A stretch of DNA of 64,000 bases. Origin: an uncultured Chloroflexia bacterium. Its GTDB lineage: Bacteria > Chloroflexota > Limnocylindria > Limnocylindrales > CSP1-4. Numbering within the stretch: position 1 is the stretch's first letter; each line of letters starts with the position of its first letter. A model generated the notes under the pieces. The model did no database searches and was not told where the DNA came from. It saw nothing but the letters and a program-made list of their open reading frames with translations. Location of the stretch: the NCBI GenBank assembly GCA_963828165.1, contig CAWHDR010000001.1, positions 1,856,001 to 1,920,000 of the forward strand, in the 5' to 3' direction. Both the position numbers and the translations under genes were made by a program. Positions 24,039 to 35,026 of this stretch are shown in pieces.

Positions 24039-24612
24039 CCATCGCACCCGCGCCCAGGAGCGCGCCGACGAGATCGACATCAGCCCCACCCGGCTGCTGG
24101 CGGAGATCGAGGCCCTCAACGCACAGGCCGACGCCTCCCGCGTCCAGGCCGACGAATACCTCAACGCGCTGCAGCGTGAGCGTGCGGAGTTCCTCAACTT
24201 CAAGCGCCGTACCGCCGAGGAGCGCCAGCGTGACCTCGGGCTCGCCGCCGAGGACCTCATTCGCAAGGTCCTGAACCTCGCGGACGATTTCGACCGGGCC
24301 ATCGAGGCCCGACCGGAGTCGATCGCCGCGGACCCCTGGTTCGAGGGTGTCAGCGTCATCGATCGCAAGCTGCGCCAGCTCCTCGAGAGCGAGGGCGTGA
24401 GCGCCATCGATGCGACACCAGGTACACCGTTCGATCCGCGCGACCACGAGGCCATCGCCAACGTTCCCGGAACCGATCGCCCCGAGGGCGAGATCGTGGA
24501 GCAGATCCGGCGGGGCTATCGGTTGCGAGATCGCGTCCTGCGGCCCGCCCTCGTGGCCGTCGCCGCAGGTTCCGGTCCTACCGGCGCCAACCCAGACGAA
24601 CCCATTTCCTGA
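24031..24612 (+). CDS. grpE: Nucleotide exchange factor GrpE
   Basis: RAEFLNFKRR, FDPRDHEA, GY.LRDRVLRPALV.V. Confidence 0.95.
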   Translation: MPSHRTRAQERADEIDISPTRLLAEIEALNAQADASRVQADEYLNALQRERAEFLNFKRRTAEERQRDLGLAAEDLIRKVLNLADDFDRAIEARPESIAADPWFEGVSVIDRKLRQLLESEGVSAIDATPGTPFDPRDHEAIANVPGTDRPEGEIVEQIRRGYRLRDRVLRPALVAVAAGSGPTGANPDEPIS

Positions 24613-24657
24613 CCCCAGATTTCCGAACCCCAACCGAGCGAGGAGCACACACAACCC

Positions 24658-26613
<1,956 letters not shown>

Positions 26614-26637
26614 GCCCCTCCAGTCGTCGCAGATCTG

Positions 26638-26669
26638 GTACCGCCCGGACCATCTGGCCCGGGCGGTAC
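26638..26669 (+). terminator. Hairpin after dnaK
   Basis: 11-bp stem GTACCGCCCGG / CCGGGCGGTAC followed by TT. Confidence 0.55.
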
Positions 26670-26764
26670 TTCGATGTCCGCCCACGCCCGCGAACTCCTG
26701 GTGGCACCCCCGCTCACTAGACTGCGTGGGTGCCGCACCGCAACCGACCTGATCACGGCCGCCG

Positions 26765-28198
26765 ATGACGCTCAAGGGGCGTCGGCCGGGCGACCGTCGC
26801 GTCAGGGTCGAACGGGCCCGGCCCATGGAGTTCCGGATCGCGCCGCCGCGGCGGGTGCGCCGGCCCCGCTCGCCATCTGCGGTCCTCGTCTCGGGCTTTG
26901 CCGTCGTGATCGCGGTGGGTGCCGTGTTGCTGGCGCTGCCCGTCTCGTCCGCGGCGGGGACCTGGACGCCGCCGCTGGACGCGTTGTTCAGCTCCACCTC
27001 GGCCGTGTGCGTGACCGGGCTCGCGCTCGTCGACACGGGGACCTACTGGTCGCCGTTCGGCCAGCTCGTCCTGCTCGTGCTGATGCAGCTCGGCGGGTTC
27101 GGCTTCATGACCGGTTCGACGCTGTTGCTGCTCCTCCTCGTCGGGCGGCGCACCGCCCTGCGTGACCGGATCCTGGCGCAGGCGTCGACGGGCGTCGCGG
27201 AGCTCGGCAGTGTCACTGGCATCATCCGCCGCGTCGCGATCTTCACCCTGATCGCCGAGGTCGCGGGAGTGCTCGTCCTGACCGTCGCGTTCGTGGCGGG
27301 CGACTACGCGGCCGACCCGATCCAGGCGATCTGGTGGGGGATCTTCCACTCGATCTCCGCCTTCAACAACGGGGGCCTGGACCTGTTCGGTGGCTACCGG
27401 AGCCTGGCCGGCTTCGTCGGCGACCCCCTCGTCCTGTTCACCCTTGGCGTGCTGATCCTCCTGGGCAGCCTCGGTTTCGCGATCGTCGGCGACATCGCGG
27501 CCAAGCGACGCTGGCGGCGGCTGGCGCTCGAAACGCGGGTGGTCGTCCTCACGACCCTCGCGATCCTTGCCGTCGGGACCGCATCGCTCGCCATCTTCGA
27601 GTGGTCCAATCCGGCCACCCTCGGCGCCCTGCCGGAGAGCGCCCGGCCGTTCAACGCGCTGTTCGAGACCACGACCCTTCGGACGGCCGGCTTCAGCACC
27701 TTCCCGACGGCCCAGCTGCGCGACCCGACCCTGTTCATCGTCATGGCGATGATGTTCATCGGCGGCGCGTCGGGGTCGACGGCGGGAGGGATCAAGGTGA
27801 ACACCTTCAGCGTGCTGCTCATCGCGATCGTATCGACGGTCCGTGGACGTCCGTCCGCGGAGGCGCTCGGTCGCCGGATCCCGCACGAGATCGTCTATCG
27901 CGCGTTGTCCGTGGCGCTCCTGTCGATCGCGTTCATCTTCGTCGTGGCCCTGAGCCTGGAGCTCACGACGCCGCCCGGCATCTCGTTCGTGGCCATCGTC
28001 TTCGAGTCCATCTCGGCGTTCGCGACCGTCGGTGCCTCCACCGGCATCACCCCCGACCTGCCACCGCTCGCACGGGCCCTCTTGATCCCCGCGATGTTCG
28101 CGGGGCGCCTGGGGCCGCTGACGCTGGTCCTGGCGCTCGCGGCGCGCGCGAGGCCCGTGCCGTATCGCCCAGCCGCCGAGACGATGCGCATCGGATGA
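26765..28198 (+). CDS. ktrB: Ktr/Trk potassium uptake membrane subunit
   Basis: Pore motifs SAVCVTGL, SAFNNGG, RTAGF, SAFATVG and GSTAGGIK. Confidence 0.9.
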   Translation: MTLKGRRPGDRRVRVERARPMEFRIAPPRRVRRPRSPSAVLVSGFAVVIAVGAVLLALPVSSAAGTWTPPLDALFSSTSAVCVTGLALVDTGTYWSPFGQLVLLVLMQLGGFGFMTGSTLLLLLLVGRRTALRDRILAQASTGVAELGSVTGIIRRVAIFTLIAEVAGVLVLTVAFVAGDYAADPIQAIWWGIFHSISAFNNGGLDLFGGYRSLAGFVGDPLVLFTLGVLILLGSLGFAIVGDIAAKRRWRRLALETRVVVLTTLAILAVGTASLAIFEWSNPATLGALPESARPFNALFETTTLRTAGFSTFPTAQLRDPTLFIVMAMMFIGGASGSTAGGIKVNTFSVLLIAIVSTVRGRPSAEALGRRIPHEIVYRALSVALLSIAFIFVVALSLELTTPPGISFVAIVFESISAFATVGASTGITPDLPPLARALLIPAMFAGRLGPLTLVLALAARARPVPYRPAAETMRIG

Positions 28199-28235
28199 GC
28201 CACGCTACGACCCACCACCCGGAGGAATCCCAGCC

Positions 28236-28880
28236 ATGAAGCCATCGGTCCTCGTCGTCGGTCTGGGGCGGTTCGGGACGGCCGCCGCCCTCGAGCTCAT
28301 GACCCTCGGCCACGAGGTCCTCGCGCTCGACCGGGACGAGGCGACCGTCAACGAGATCGCGCCGGAGGTCACGCATGCCGCGCAGCTCGATGCGACCGAC
28401 GAAGGCGCCCTGAGGTCCGTCGGCGCCGGCGACTTCGAGTTCGCGATCGTCGCGATCAGCAGTGCGACCGACGCGAGCATCTTCGCGACGATGGCGCTCA
28501 AGAACCTGGGCGTCACCCAGGTCATCGCCAAGGCAGCGACCAGGTTGCACGGCACGATCCTCGAGCGCATCGGCGCCGACCGCGTGATCTATGCCGAGAA
28601 GGAGATGGGCGAACGGGTCGCGCACTCGCTGACGATCGCCGGCGTGCTGGAGTACCTCGACGTGGCCCCGCGCTTCGGGATCATCAAGATCCGTCCGCCC
28701 GCGGCCTGGGTCGGCCGGTCGCTCAAGGAGCTCGACCTCGGGACTGCGCAGATCAGCCCGGTGGCGCTGCGACGTGGAGCGGACGTGACGGTCAATCCGC
28801 CACGCGACACCGTGATCGAGGCCAAGGACGAGCTCATCCTCCTGGGCCGCGACGAGCAGCTTCAGCGGATCGGCCGCTGA
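28236..28880 (+). CDS. ktrA: Ktr/Trk RCK regulatory subunit
   Basis: VGLGRFG, GADRVIYAEKEMG, C-terminal RCK_C domain. Confidence 0.9.
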   Translation: MKPSVLVVGLGRFGTAAALELMTLGHEVLALDRDEATVNEIAPEVTHAAQLDATDEGALRSVGAGDFEFAIVAISSATDASIFATMALKNLGVTQVIAKAATRLHGTILERIGADRVIYAEKEMGERVAHSLTIAGVLEYLDVAPRFGIIKIRPPAAWVGRSLKELDLGTAQISPVALRRGADVTVNPPRDTVIEAKDELILLGRDEQLQRIGR

Positions 28881-28886
28881 GACGGG

Positions 28887-30290
28887 TCAGCCCAGGAACA
28901 GGTCCAGACCCGGTGCCACGACGCCCGCGATCAGGACCACGGTGTAGCCCGCCAGGAGCAGCAGCCCGGCCATCAGGTGGAGCTGGACGTTCGCGCCCAT
29001 GATCGCCATGAGCCCGTACGGATTGTCGTAGTTCGGGGCGAGTCCCCGTGATACGCGGCGCGCGAGCGGGATCGTCAGCAGCATCAGCAGCGTCGGCACC
29101 GGCAGGATGCCCGCGACGACGCCGACGACGAGGGCGACGAACGCCGCGGTGACCGCGACGTTGTAACCACCGATCACGGCCCCCCGCGAGAACCGCACGG
29201 GCAGTGTCCGCTTGCCGGCCTGCGCGTCACCGCGCCGGTCCGGGATCTCATTGACGTACAGGATCAGCGCAACGAGGAGCGCCACGGGGATCGAGGCGAC
29301 GAACGGCTCCCAGGCCAGCGCACCACGTGTCTGGACCACATACGCGCCCAGCAGCATCATCGGGCCGAAGCCCAATGCCACCGCCACCTCGCCAAGGCCG
29401 CGATACACGAATTTCAGCGGTGGCGCCGTGTAACCGAGGCTGACGATGAACCCGACGACGCCGATGACGAGCAGCGCGGTCGAGCCGCGGGTCGCGAGCA
29501 GGACCAGCCCGATGACGCCGGCCAGGACGTAGAAGACCGTCGCGAGCCCGGCCATCTGGCGGAGGGACACGAGTCCGTACTGGATGACCCGGGAGCCGCC
29601 GCTGAACTTGGTCGGGGTGACGTTCGCGTCGTCCGCGCCCTGGACCGTATCGAATACGTCGTTGGCGACGTTGAGTCCGAGCTGGACGAACGCCGCGCCG
29701 ATGACGGTGAGTGCGGCCGCCACGAGGTCGAAGGCGCCGTGGCTCGCGGCGATGAGGATGCCGAGGACGACCGGGATGATCGTCGCGGTCAGGAACGGCA
29801 ACCTGGTCGTGCGCAGGGTCAGGAATCCGAACGACAGCGTGGGCTTGACGGGCGTGCCGCGCTCCGCGGACAGCGCGTCGAAGTAGCGGCGTGACTGGGG
29901 CAGGGAGCGCTCGGAGTATTCGAAGAATGGGACCTCTGCCTCGTCCCAGCCCCACGCGCTGTTGCCGGTCAACGTGATGGCGTCGTCCCCGGCCGCGGCG
30001 CGGCCCCACACCGTCACGTGCCGCCGCTCGTCGTAGCCGTAGCCCGGCTGCGGGTGGATATGGGAGCCGGTCAGCGAGACCGGACGATCGGCGGGGACCG
30101 TGAGTCCGGACGGTGGCGCGAACGTGGCCGTCAGGCCCGCCGGATCGACGGCCGCGTCGACGACGACGCTCACCGGGTAACCGGTGTCGTCGACCCACGT
30201 GGCGATCTGATACGGGTACGTGGCGAGCTTCTCGAAGCCCGCGCGCGCATCGAGCTCGGGGGTGCTGCGACCCTCCGCGACGACCGTCAT
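28887..30290 (-). CDS. MenA/UbiA-family prenyltransferase with an extra ~150-aa N-terminal soluble (split-barrel-like) domain
   Basis: NVANDVFD...GAD, SGGSRV, YTAPP...YRGLGE, NEIPDRRGD..AGKRTL; ATG at 30290 overlaps the upstream stop (ATGA). Confidence 0.85.
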   Translation of the reverse strand: MTVVAEGRSTPELDARAGFEKLATYPYQIATWVDDTGYPVSVVVDAAVDPAGLTATFAPPSGLTVPADRPVSLTGSHIHPQPGYGYDERRHVTVWGRAAAGDDAITLTGNSAWGWDEAEVPFFEYSERSLPQSRRYFDALSAERGTPVKPTLSFGFLTLRTTRLPFLTATIIPVVLGILIAASHGAFDLVAAALTVIGAAFVQLGLNVANDVFDTVQGADDANVTPTKFSGGSRVIQYGLVSLRQMAGLATVFYVLAGVIGLVLLATRGSTALLVIGVVGFIVSLGYTAPPLKFVYRGLGEVAVALGFGPMMLLGAYVVQTRGALAWEPFVASIPVALLVALILYVNEIPDRRGDAQAGKRTLPVRFSRGAVIGGYNVAVTAAFVALVVGVVAGILPVPTLLMLLTIPLARRVSRGLAPNYDNPYGLMAIMGANVQLHLMAGLLLLAGYTVVLIAGVVAPGLDLFLG

Positions 30291-30772
30291 GACACGGCCT
30301 CCGTCGTCAGGCTCGTGACCTCCGGCGGACGCTGGCCATCGCCGTCGGACCAGTACAGGACGCGACGCGGCTCGATCTCGATGAGCGCCCGCTCGAAGAA
30401 CAGCGGCAGCGCCACGCGCTGCTTGAGGAACGCGACGATCGCCGGTTCCTTGGCCGACCAGATCGGCATCAGCCGCTCCCATCCGCCGTGCGGGTCGTCG
30501 GCGATGACGCGGGCATCGCCCTGGATCGTGGCTCGGTCGGTCCGGCCGCCGACGCTGACGGGGTCGGTGATCGAGACCGCGACCTTCGTGTTGGCGTCGA
30601 TGTGCTCGAGCTTGCGGCTGAACAGCGTCGAGGAGGTCATGTACACGCGCTCGCCGTCGTACAGCGGGATGAGCGGGTAGGTGACCGGGCGGCCCTTGCC
30701 GTCGATGACGGTGAGCTCTGCGACGAGTGCTCGATCGAGCAGCTCGGCGACGGGGATGGGCATGGTGGCCAT
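30287..30772 (-). CDS. Pyridoxamine 5'-phosphate oxidase-like split beta-barrel protein (FMN/F420/heme-binding family)
   Basis: AELTVIDGKGRPVTYP, SRKLEHIDANTKVAVSI, TIQGDARV, IEIEPRRVLYW; AGGAG RBS. Confidence 0.85.
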   Translation of the reverse strand: MATMPIPVAELLDRALVAELTVIDGKGRPVTYPLIPLYDGERVYMTSSTLFSRKLEHIDANTKVAVSITDPVSVGGRTDRATIQGDARVIADDPHGGWERLMPIWSAKEPAIVAFLKQRVALPLFFERALIEIEPRRVLYWSDGDGQRPPEVTSLTTEAVS

Positions 30773-30807
30773 GGATGGCTCCTGGTAAGGCGTTGTGTCG
30801 AGTTCAC

Positions 30808-30839
30808 ATCATACCGCATCTGCTACCTGTGTGTAGCAG
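30808..30839 (-). promoter_or_regulatory. -10 element (TATGAT) with an upstream dyad CTGCTAC-N6-GTAGCAG (candidate operator)
   Basis: Inverted repeat 30820-30839 in an AT-richer patch, covering the spacer and -35 position. Confidence 0.55.
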
Positions 30840-30928
30840 GTTTTACAAATGGTGGTGCCCAGCCTCACCGCGAGACTGGGCACCCGTGCGATCCCGACCG
30901 GCCCCCAAGCCGGACCGGGGACGCGAGG

Positions 30929-31555
30929 TCAGGCGAGCGCGTCGCAGATCGGTCGCAGCGCGTCCACGTCACCATGTAGGAAGTAGTCGTCGAAATGATG
31001 CGGGCCACCGGAGTGGATCAGCATGTCCGTCGCGACGTCGATCACCAGCTTGCCCGCGTCGACGAGCACTGACCGGCCGCCCGGCACGGATACCCGGATC
31101 GCCTGCCCGCTGATGGTCAGTCGACCGGCCGCCTCGTCGCCCGGGACACCCAGGACGTGGTCGACCGTGTCGTGTGCGATCCAGTCGAGCGTCTGTCCGG
31201 ACGTCGGGTCCGTGAGGACGCCCGCGTAGGCCTCGCGATAGTGGCGCCGCTCGAGGTTGCCGCCCGCGTCGTAGAACCGCTTGCCGACGACGGACCGCGT
31301 CTGCGACACGAGGAGCTCGGTGCCGTCGCAGAAGATGGCGCTCGGCTCGTTGGCGAGCGGCGGATCACTGAACGCCAGGTTGCAGAGGATGCCTGAGCCG
31401 ACACGCTCGCACGTCGCGTTGAATCCGGCGGGCGGAGGTGGGTTGAGCGTGTTGGGATCGACGGGCTCCTTGGCCGCGACCGGCGCGACCAGCACGAGCG
31501 TCGCGACAGTGACCACCACGACCGATCGGGCGATGCGAATGATCGATGCGTCCAT
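30929..31555 (-). CDS. Hypothetical secreted beta-rich protein
   Basis: GGAG RBS; signal peptide ending VAA|KE; 4 Cys. Confidence 0.7.
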   Translation of the reverse strand: MDASIIRIARSVVVVTVATLVLVAPVAAKEPVDPNTLNPPPPAGFNATCERVGSGILCNLAFSDPPLANEPSAIFCDGTELLVSQTRSVVGKRFYDAGGNLERRHYREAYAGVLTDPTSGQTLDWIAHDTVDHVLGVPGDEAAGRLTISGQAIRVSVPGGRSVLVDAGKLVIDVATDMLIHSGGPHHFDDYFLHGDVDALRPICDALA

Positions 31556-31671
31556 GCTCCTCTCCTTCCAGGACCCGGTGTCGTCGGGCTGTCCGACCGG
31601 CCCTACGTATGAAGGCGACGAACATCCAGCGAATCGTTCCGTTTCGGCACGGCGCGGTACCATGCGCCCCC

Positions 31672-32649
31672 ATGACTGAAACGCTCGCGCCGGCGAGTGC
31701 GCCCGAGGTCGGCGCGTCGCCGGCCCCCGAACCGCTCATCCACGCCCGCGGGCTGACCAAGCGCTTCGGCGAGTTGACTGCGGTCGACGGCATCGACTTC
31801 GATGTCGCCCCGGGAGAGTCCTTCGGGTTCCTCGGCCCCAACGGCGCCGGCAAGACCTCGGCCATGCGGATGATCGGCTGCGTCTCGCCGATGTCCGCCG
31901 GGACGCTGCAAGTCCTCGGGATGGACCCGATCGCGGACGGGCCTCGCATCCGGGCTCGACTCGGGGTCGTGCCGCAGCAGGACACGCTCGACACCGAGCT
32001 GACCGTGCGCGAGAACCTGCTTCTGTACGGCCGGTACTTCGGCCTGTCGCGGGCCGAGTGCTCGAAGCGGGCGGATGAGCTGCTCGATTTCGCCCAGCTG
32101 ACGGAACGGGCCGGCGACCAGGTCGAACACATGTCGGGCGGGATGAAACGTCGCCTGACGATCGCGCGCAGCCTCATCAACGAGCCAGATCTGTTGCTCC
32201 TTGACGAGCCGACCACCGGCCTCGACCCGCAGGCCCGGCACCTGCTCTGGGACCGCCTCTACCGGCTCAAGCAGCGCGGCGTGACGCTCGTGCTGACGAC
32301 GCACTACATGGACGAGGCCGAGCAGCTGTGCGACCGCCTCGTGGTCATGGACAAGGCGAAGATCGTGGCCGAAGGCTCACCGCGTGAGCTCATCGAGCGC
32401 TATTCCACCCGCGAGGTCACGGAGCTCCGTTTCGCTCCGGGTGTCCAGGAAACCCTCGATGGCCAGCTCGACGGCCTCGCCGAGCGGATCGAGCGCCTGC
32501 CGGACCGGGTCCTGCTCTACGCCGACGACGGCGAGGCAGCGGTCGCCGCGGCCCACGCTCGTGGACTCCAGCCCGAGACGGTACTGGTGCGGCGATCCTC
32601 GCTGGAGGACGTGTTCCTGCGCCTGACCGGGCGCTCGCTGGCCGACTGA
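31672..32649 (+). CDS. ABC exporter ATP-binding protein (NodI/DrrA-like)
   Basis: GPNGAGKT, MSGGMKRRL, LLDEPTTGLDP, TTHYMDEAE. Confidence 0.92.
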   Translation: MTETLAPASAPEVGASPAPEPLIHARGLTKRFGELTAVDGIDFDVAPGESFGFLGPNGAGKTSAMRMIGCVSPMSAGTLQVLGMDPIADGPRIRARLGVVPQQDTLDTELTVRENLLLYGRYFGLSRAECSKRADELLDFAQLTERAGDQVEHMSGGMKRRLTIARSLINEPDLLLLDEPTTGLDPQARHLLWDRLYRLKQRGVTLVLTTHYMDEAEQLCDRLVVMDKAKIVAEGSPRELIERYSTREVTELRFAPGVQETLDGQLDGLAERIERLPDRVLLYADDGEAAVAAAHARGLQPETVLVRRSSLEDVFLRLTGRSLAD

Positions 32650-33452
32650 TGGCGCTGGCGCCGACGCCGGCCTTCAGCGGGATCGGCCGCGTCTTCGAGC
32701 ACCGCCTGGTCCTGTATCTCAAGACGTTTCGGGCCAGCATCTTCAGCTCGTTCCTGACGCCGATCCTGTTCCTCACGGCCATGGGACTGGGTCTTGGCGC
32801 CTACGTCGACACGAACCAGGCGCTTGGGGGCGTGTCGTACCTGGCATTCCTCGCTCCGGGGCTGCTCGTGGCGGCGTGCATGCAGGTGGCGTCCTTCGAG
32901 GCGACCTTCCCGATCATGGCGGGGCTCGTGTGGAGTCGCGTCTACCACGCGATGTACGCCACACCGATCCGCGGCAGCGACATCGCCCTCGGCAACCTTG
33001 CGTGGATGGGCTTTCGGCTGCTGCTGGTGTCCTCGATCTTCACGGTCGTGATCGTGCTGTTCGGGGCGGCGACATCGCCGCTCATCGTGCTTGCCATCCC
33101 GGTCGCGGTCCTGACCGGGCTCGCGTTCGCGGCGCCGATCACGGCCTTCGCCGCGACCCAGCGCACCCCGGAGAAGTTCGCCGCGATCTTCCGGTTCGGG
33201 ATCACGCCGCTCTTCCTGTTCTCGGGGACGTTCTACCCGGTCGAGTCCCTGCCGGCGATCGTCCAGCCGCTGGCGTGGCTGACGCCGCTGTACCACGGGA
33301 TCGTGCTGGCGCGCGGGCTCTCGCTGGGCACGATCGGCGTCGCACCGACGATCCCGTTCGCCCTCCTGCACCTGGCGATCCTTCTCGGCTTCATCGGGGT
33401 CGGCATGTTCTTCGCCGTGCGACTGATCACCGAGAGGCTGGTGCGCGGATGA
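32649..33452 (+). CDS. ABC-2 type permease (NodJ-like)
   Basis: YLAFLAPG, FLFSGTFYP, TPLYHG; coupled to the ATPase gene. Confidence 0.88.
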   Translation: MALAPTPAFSGIGRVFEHRLVLYLKTFRASIFSSFLTPILFLTAMGLGLGAYVDTNQALGGVSYLAFLAPGLLVAACMQVASFEATFPIMAGLVWSRVYHAMYATPIRGSDIALGNLAWMGFRLLLVSSIFTVVIVLFGAATSPLIVLAIPVAVLTGLAFAAPITAFAATQRTPEKFAAIFRFGITPLFLFSGTFYPVESLPAIVQPLAWLTPLYHGIVLARGLSLGTIGVAPTIPFALLHLAILLGFIGVGMFFAVRLITERLVRG

Positions 33453-34249
33453 CGGCGTTCCCGCTGACGAGCGTGTTCCTGATCGGGAGCCGCCGCTCGC
33501 TGCGCCTGGTCGAGCGCAACCTGTTCGTCTACAAGCACGGTTGGCTCGTTCTCCTGTCGGGGTTCTTCGAACCGCTCTTCTACCTGCTCTCGATCGGTTT
33601 CGGGCTCGGTGCGCTCATCGGGACGATCCCGGGCCCGGGCGGGCAACCGATCCCGTACCAGCTCTTCGTCGCGCCCGCCCTGCTGGCCAGCTCCGCGATG
33701 AACGCGGCGATCATGGAGAGCACCTTCAACTTCTTCTTCAAGCTCAACTACAACAAGACCTTCACCTCGATCCTGTCGACGCCGCTCTCGCCGGGGGATG
33801 TCGCGGTGGGGGAGCTGGCGTGGGCGCTGATCCGTGGCGGTCTGTACGCCCTCGGGTTCATGGCGGTCATGGTCGTGCTTGGCCTGGTCGTCTCACCATG
33901 GGTCGTGCTCGCCGTGCCCGCGGCGCTGCTCGTTGGCTTCGCGTTCGGGGCCGTGGGGATGGCGGCGACGTCGTTCATGAAGACGTGGCAGGACTTCGAC
34001 CTCGTCCAGCTGGTCATATTGCCCCTGTTCCTGTTCTCGGCGACGTTCTATCCGATCGAGACGTATCCGGAGGCCTTGCGGGTGGTCGTCCAGCTGACCC
34101 CGCTCTACCAGGGCGTGGACCTGATCCGGTCGCTCACGGTCGGGGCGATCTCGCCCATCCTGTTGTTCCACGTCGCGTACCTGCTGGTGATGGGGTTCGC
34201 GGGGCTGTACGTCGTGTCTCGGCGGCTCGACAAGCTGCTGCTCCAGTAG
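33449..34249 (+). CDS. Second ABC-2 type permease
   Basis: ATGA overlap; FEPLFYL, LFSATFYP, TPLYQG. Confidence 0.88.
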   Translation: MTAFPLTSVFLIGSRRSLRLVERNLFVYKHGWLVLLSGFFEPLFYLLSIGFGLGALIGTIPGPGGQPIPYQLFVAPALLASSAMNAAIMESTFNFFFKLNYNKTFTSILSTPLSPGDVAVGELAWALIRGGLYALGFMAVMVVLGLVVSPWVVLAVPAALLVGFAFGAVGMAATSFMKTWQDFDLVQLVILPLFLFSATFYPIETYPEALRVVVQLTPLYQGVDLIRSLTVGAISPILLFHVAYLLVMGFAGLYVVSRRLDKLLLQ

Positions 34250-34255
34250 GGTCGC

Positions 34256-34969
34256 GTGCCTGACGGCGGCCCGCCGACCGGTGGTGCGGCACTGCTCGCA
34301 CTGACCGCCGAGATCGTCGCGTGCCGGCGCTGCCCGCGGCTCGTGGCCTGGCGCGAGCTCGTCGCCCGCGAGAAGGTCGCGCGCTTTCGGCACGAGGAGT
34401 ACTGGGGCCGGCCGGTCCCGGGGTTTGGTGATGCGGACGGGCGGATCCTCATCGTCGGGCTGGCGCCGGCGGCCCACGGCGGCAACCGGACTGGGCGGGT
34501 CTTCACGGGTGACGCCTCAGGGGACTTCCTGTGGCCCGCGCTGTATCGCGCCGGGCTGGCGGATCGGCCCGTGTCACGGCGCGCCGACGACGGGTTGACG
34601 CTGACGGGGGTATACATCGCGGCCGCGGTCCGGTGCGCGCCGCCGGCCAACAAGCCGACCATCCTCGAGCGGGACACCTGTGCGCCGTTCCTGGTCCGGG
34701 AGATGGCGCTGCTGGCGTCTGTCCGGGTGGTGCTGGCGCTGGGGTCGTTCGGGTGGGACGCGGCGCTGCGGACGATGGCGGCAGGCGGGCACCACGCGAC
34801 GGGAAGCCGCCCGCGCTTTGGCCACGGAGCCGAAGCGCGTATCGGGCCGTACGTGCTGATCGGCTCGTACCACCCCTCGCAGCAGAACACGTTCACGGGC
34901 CGGTTGACGGCCGCGATGTTCGACGCCGTGATCTCGCGCGCCGTGGAGCTGGCACGCGTCGGATCCTGA
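34256..34969 (+). CDS. udgB: Family 5 uracil-DNA glycosylase (UdgB-like, Fe-S)
   Basis: CRRCPRL, GLAPAAHGGNRTGRVFTGD, RCAPPANKP, YHPSQQN. Confidence 0.9.
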   Translation: MPDGGPPTGGAALLALTAEIVACRRCPRLVAWRELVAREKVARFRHEEYWGRPVPGFGDADGRILIVGLAPAAHGGNRTGRVFTGDASGDFLWPALYRAGLADRPVSRRADDGLTLTGVYIAAAVRCAPPANKPTILERDTCAPFLVREMALLASVRVVLALGSFGWDAALRTMAAGGHHATGSRPRFGHGAEARIGPYVLIGSYHPSQQNTFTGRLTAAMFDAVISRAVELARVGS

Positions 34970-35026
34970 CGGCCCCGGCGGGTCACCGGCCGCAGTTCGG
35001 ACTCCGCTCTCGTAGACTTCCGAGCG

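Noticed and set aside
26670-26764. c-di-AMP (ydaO) riboswitch before ktrB
   Set aside because: Region is too short and lacks the consensus; it shows only a TAGACT -10 inside a GGCACCC/GGGTGCC dyad.
31672-34249. NodIJ-like exporter as evidence of Nod-factor or antibiotic biosynthesis
   Set aside because: Widespread ABC-2 family with no biosynthetic genes adjacent.
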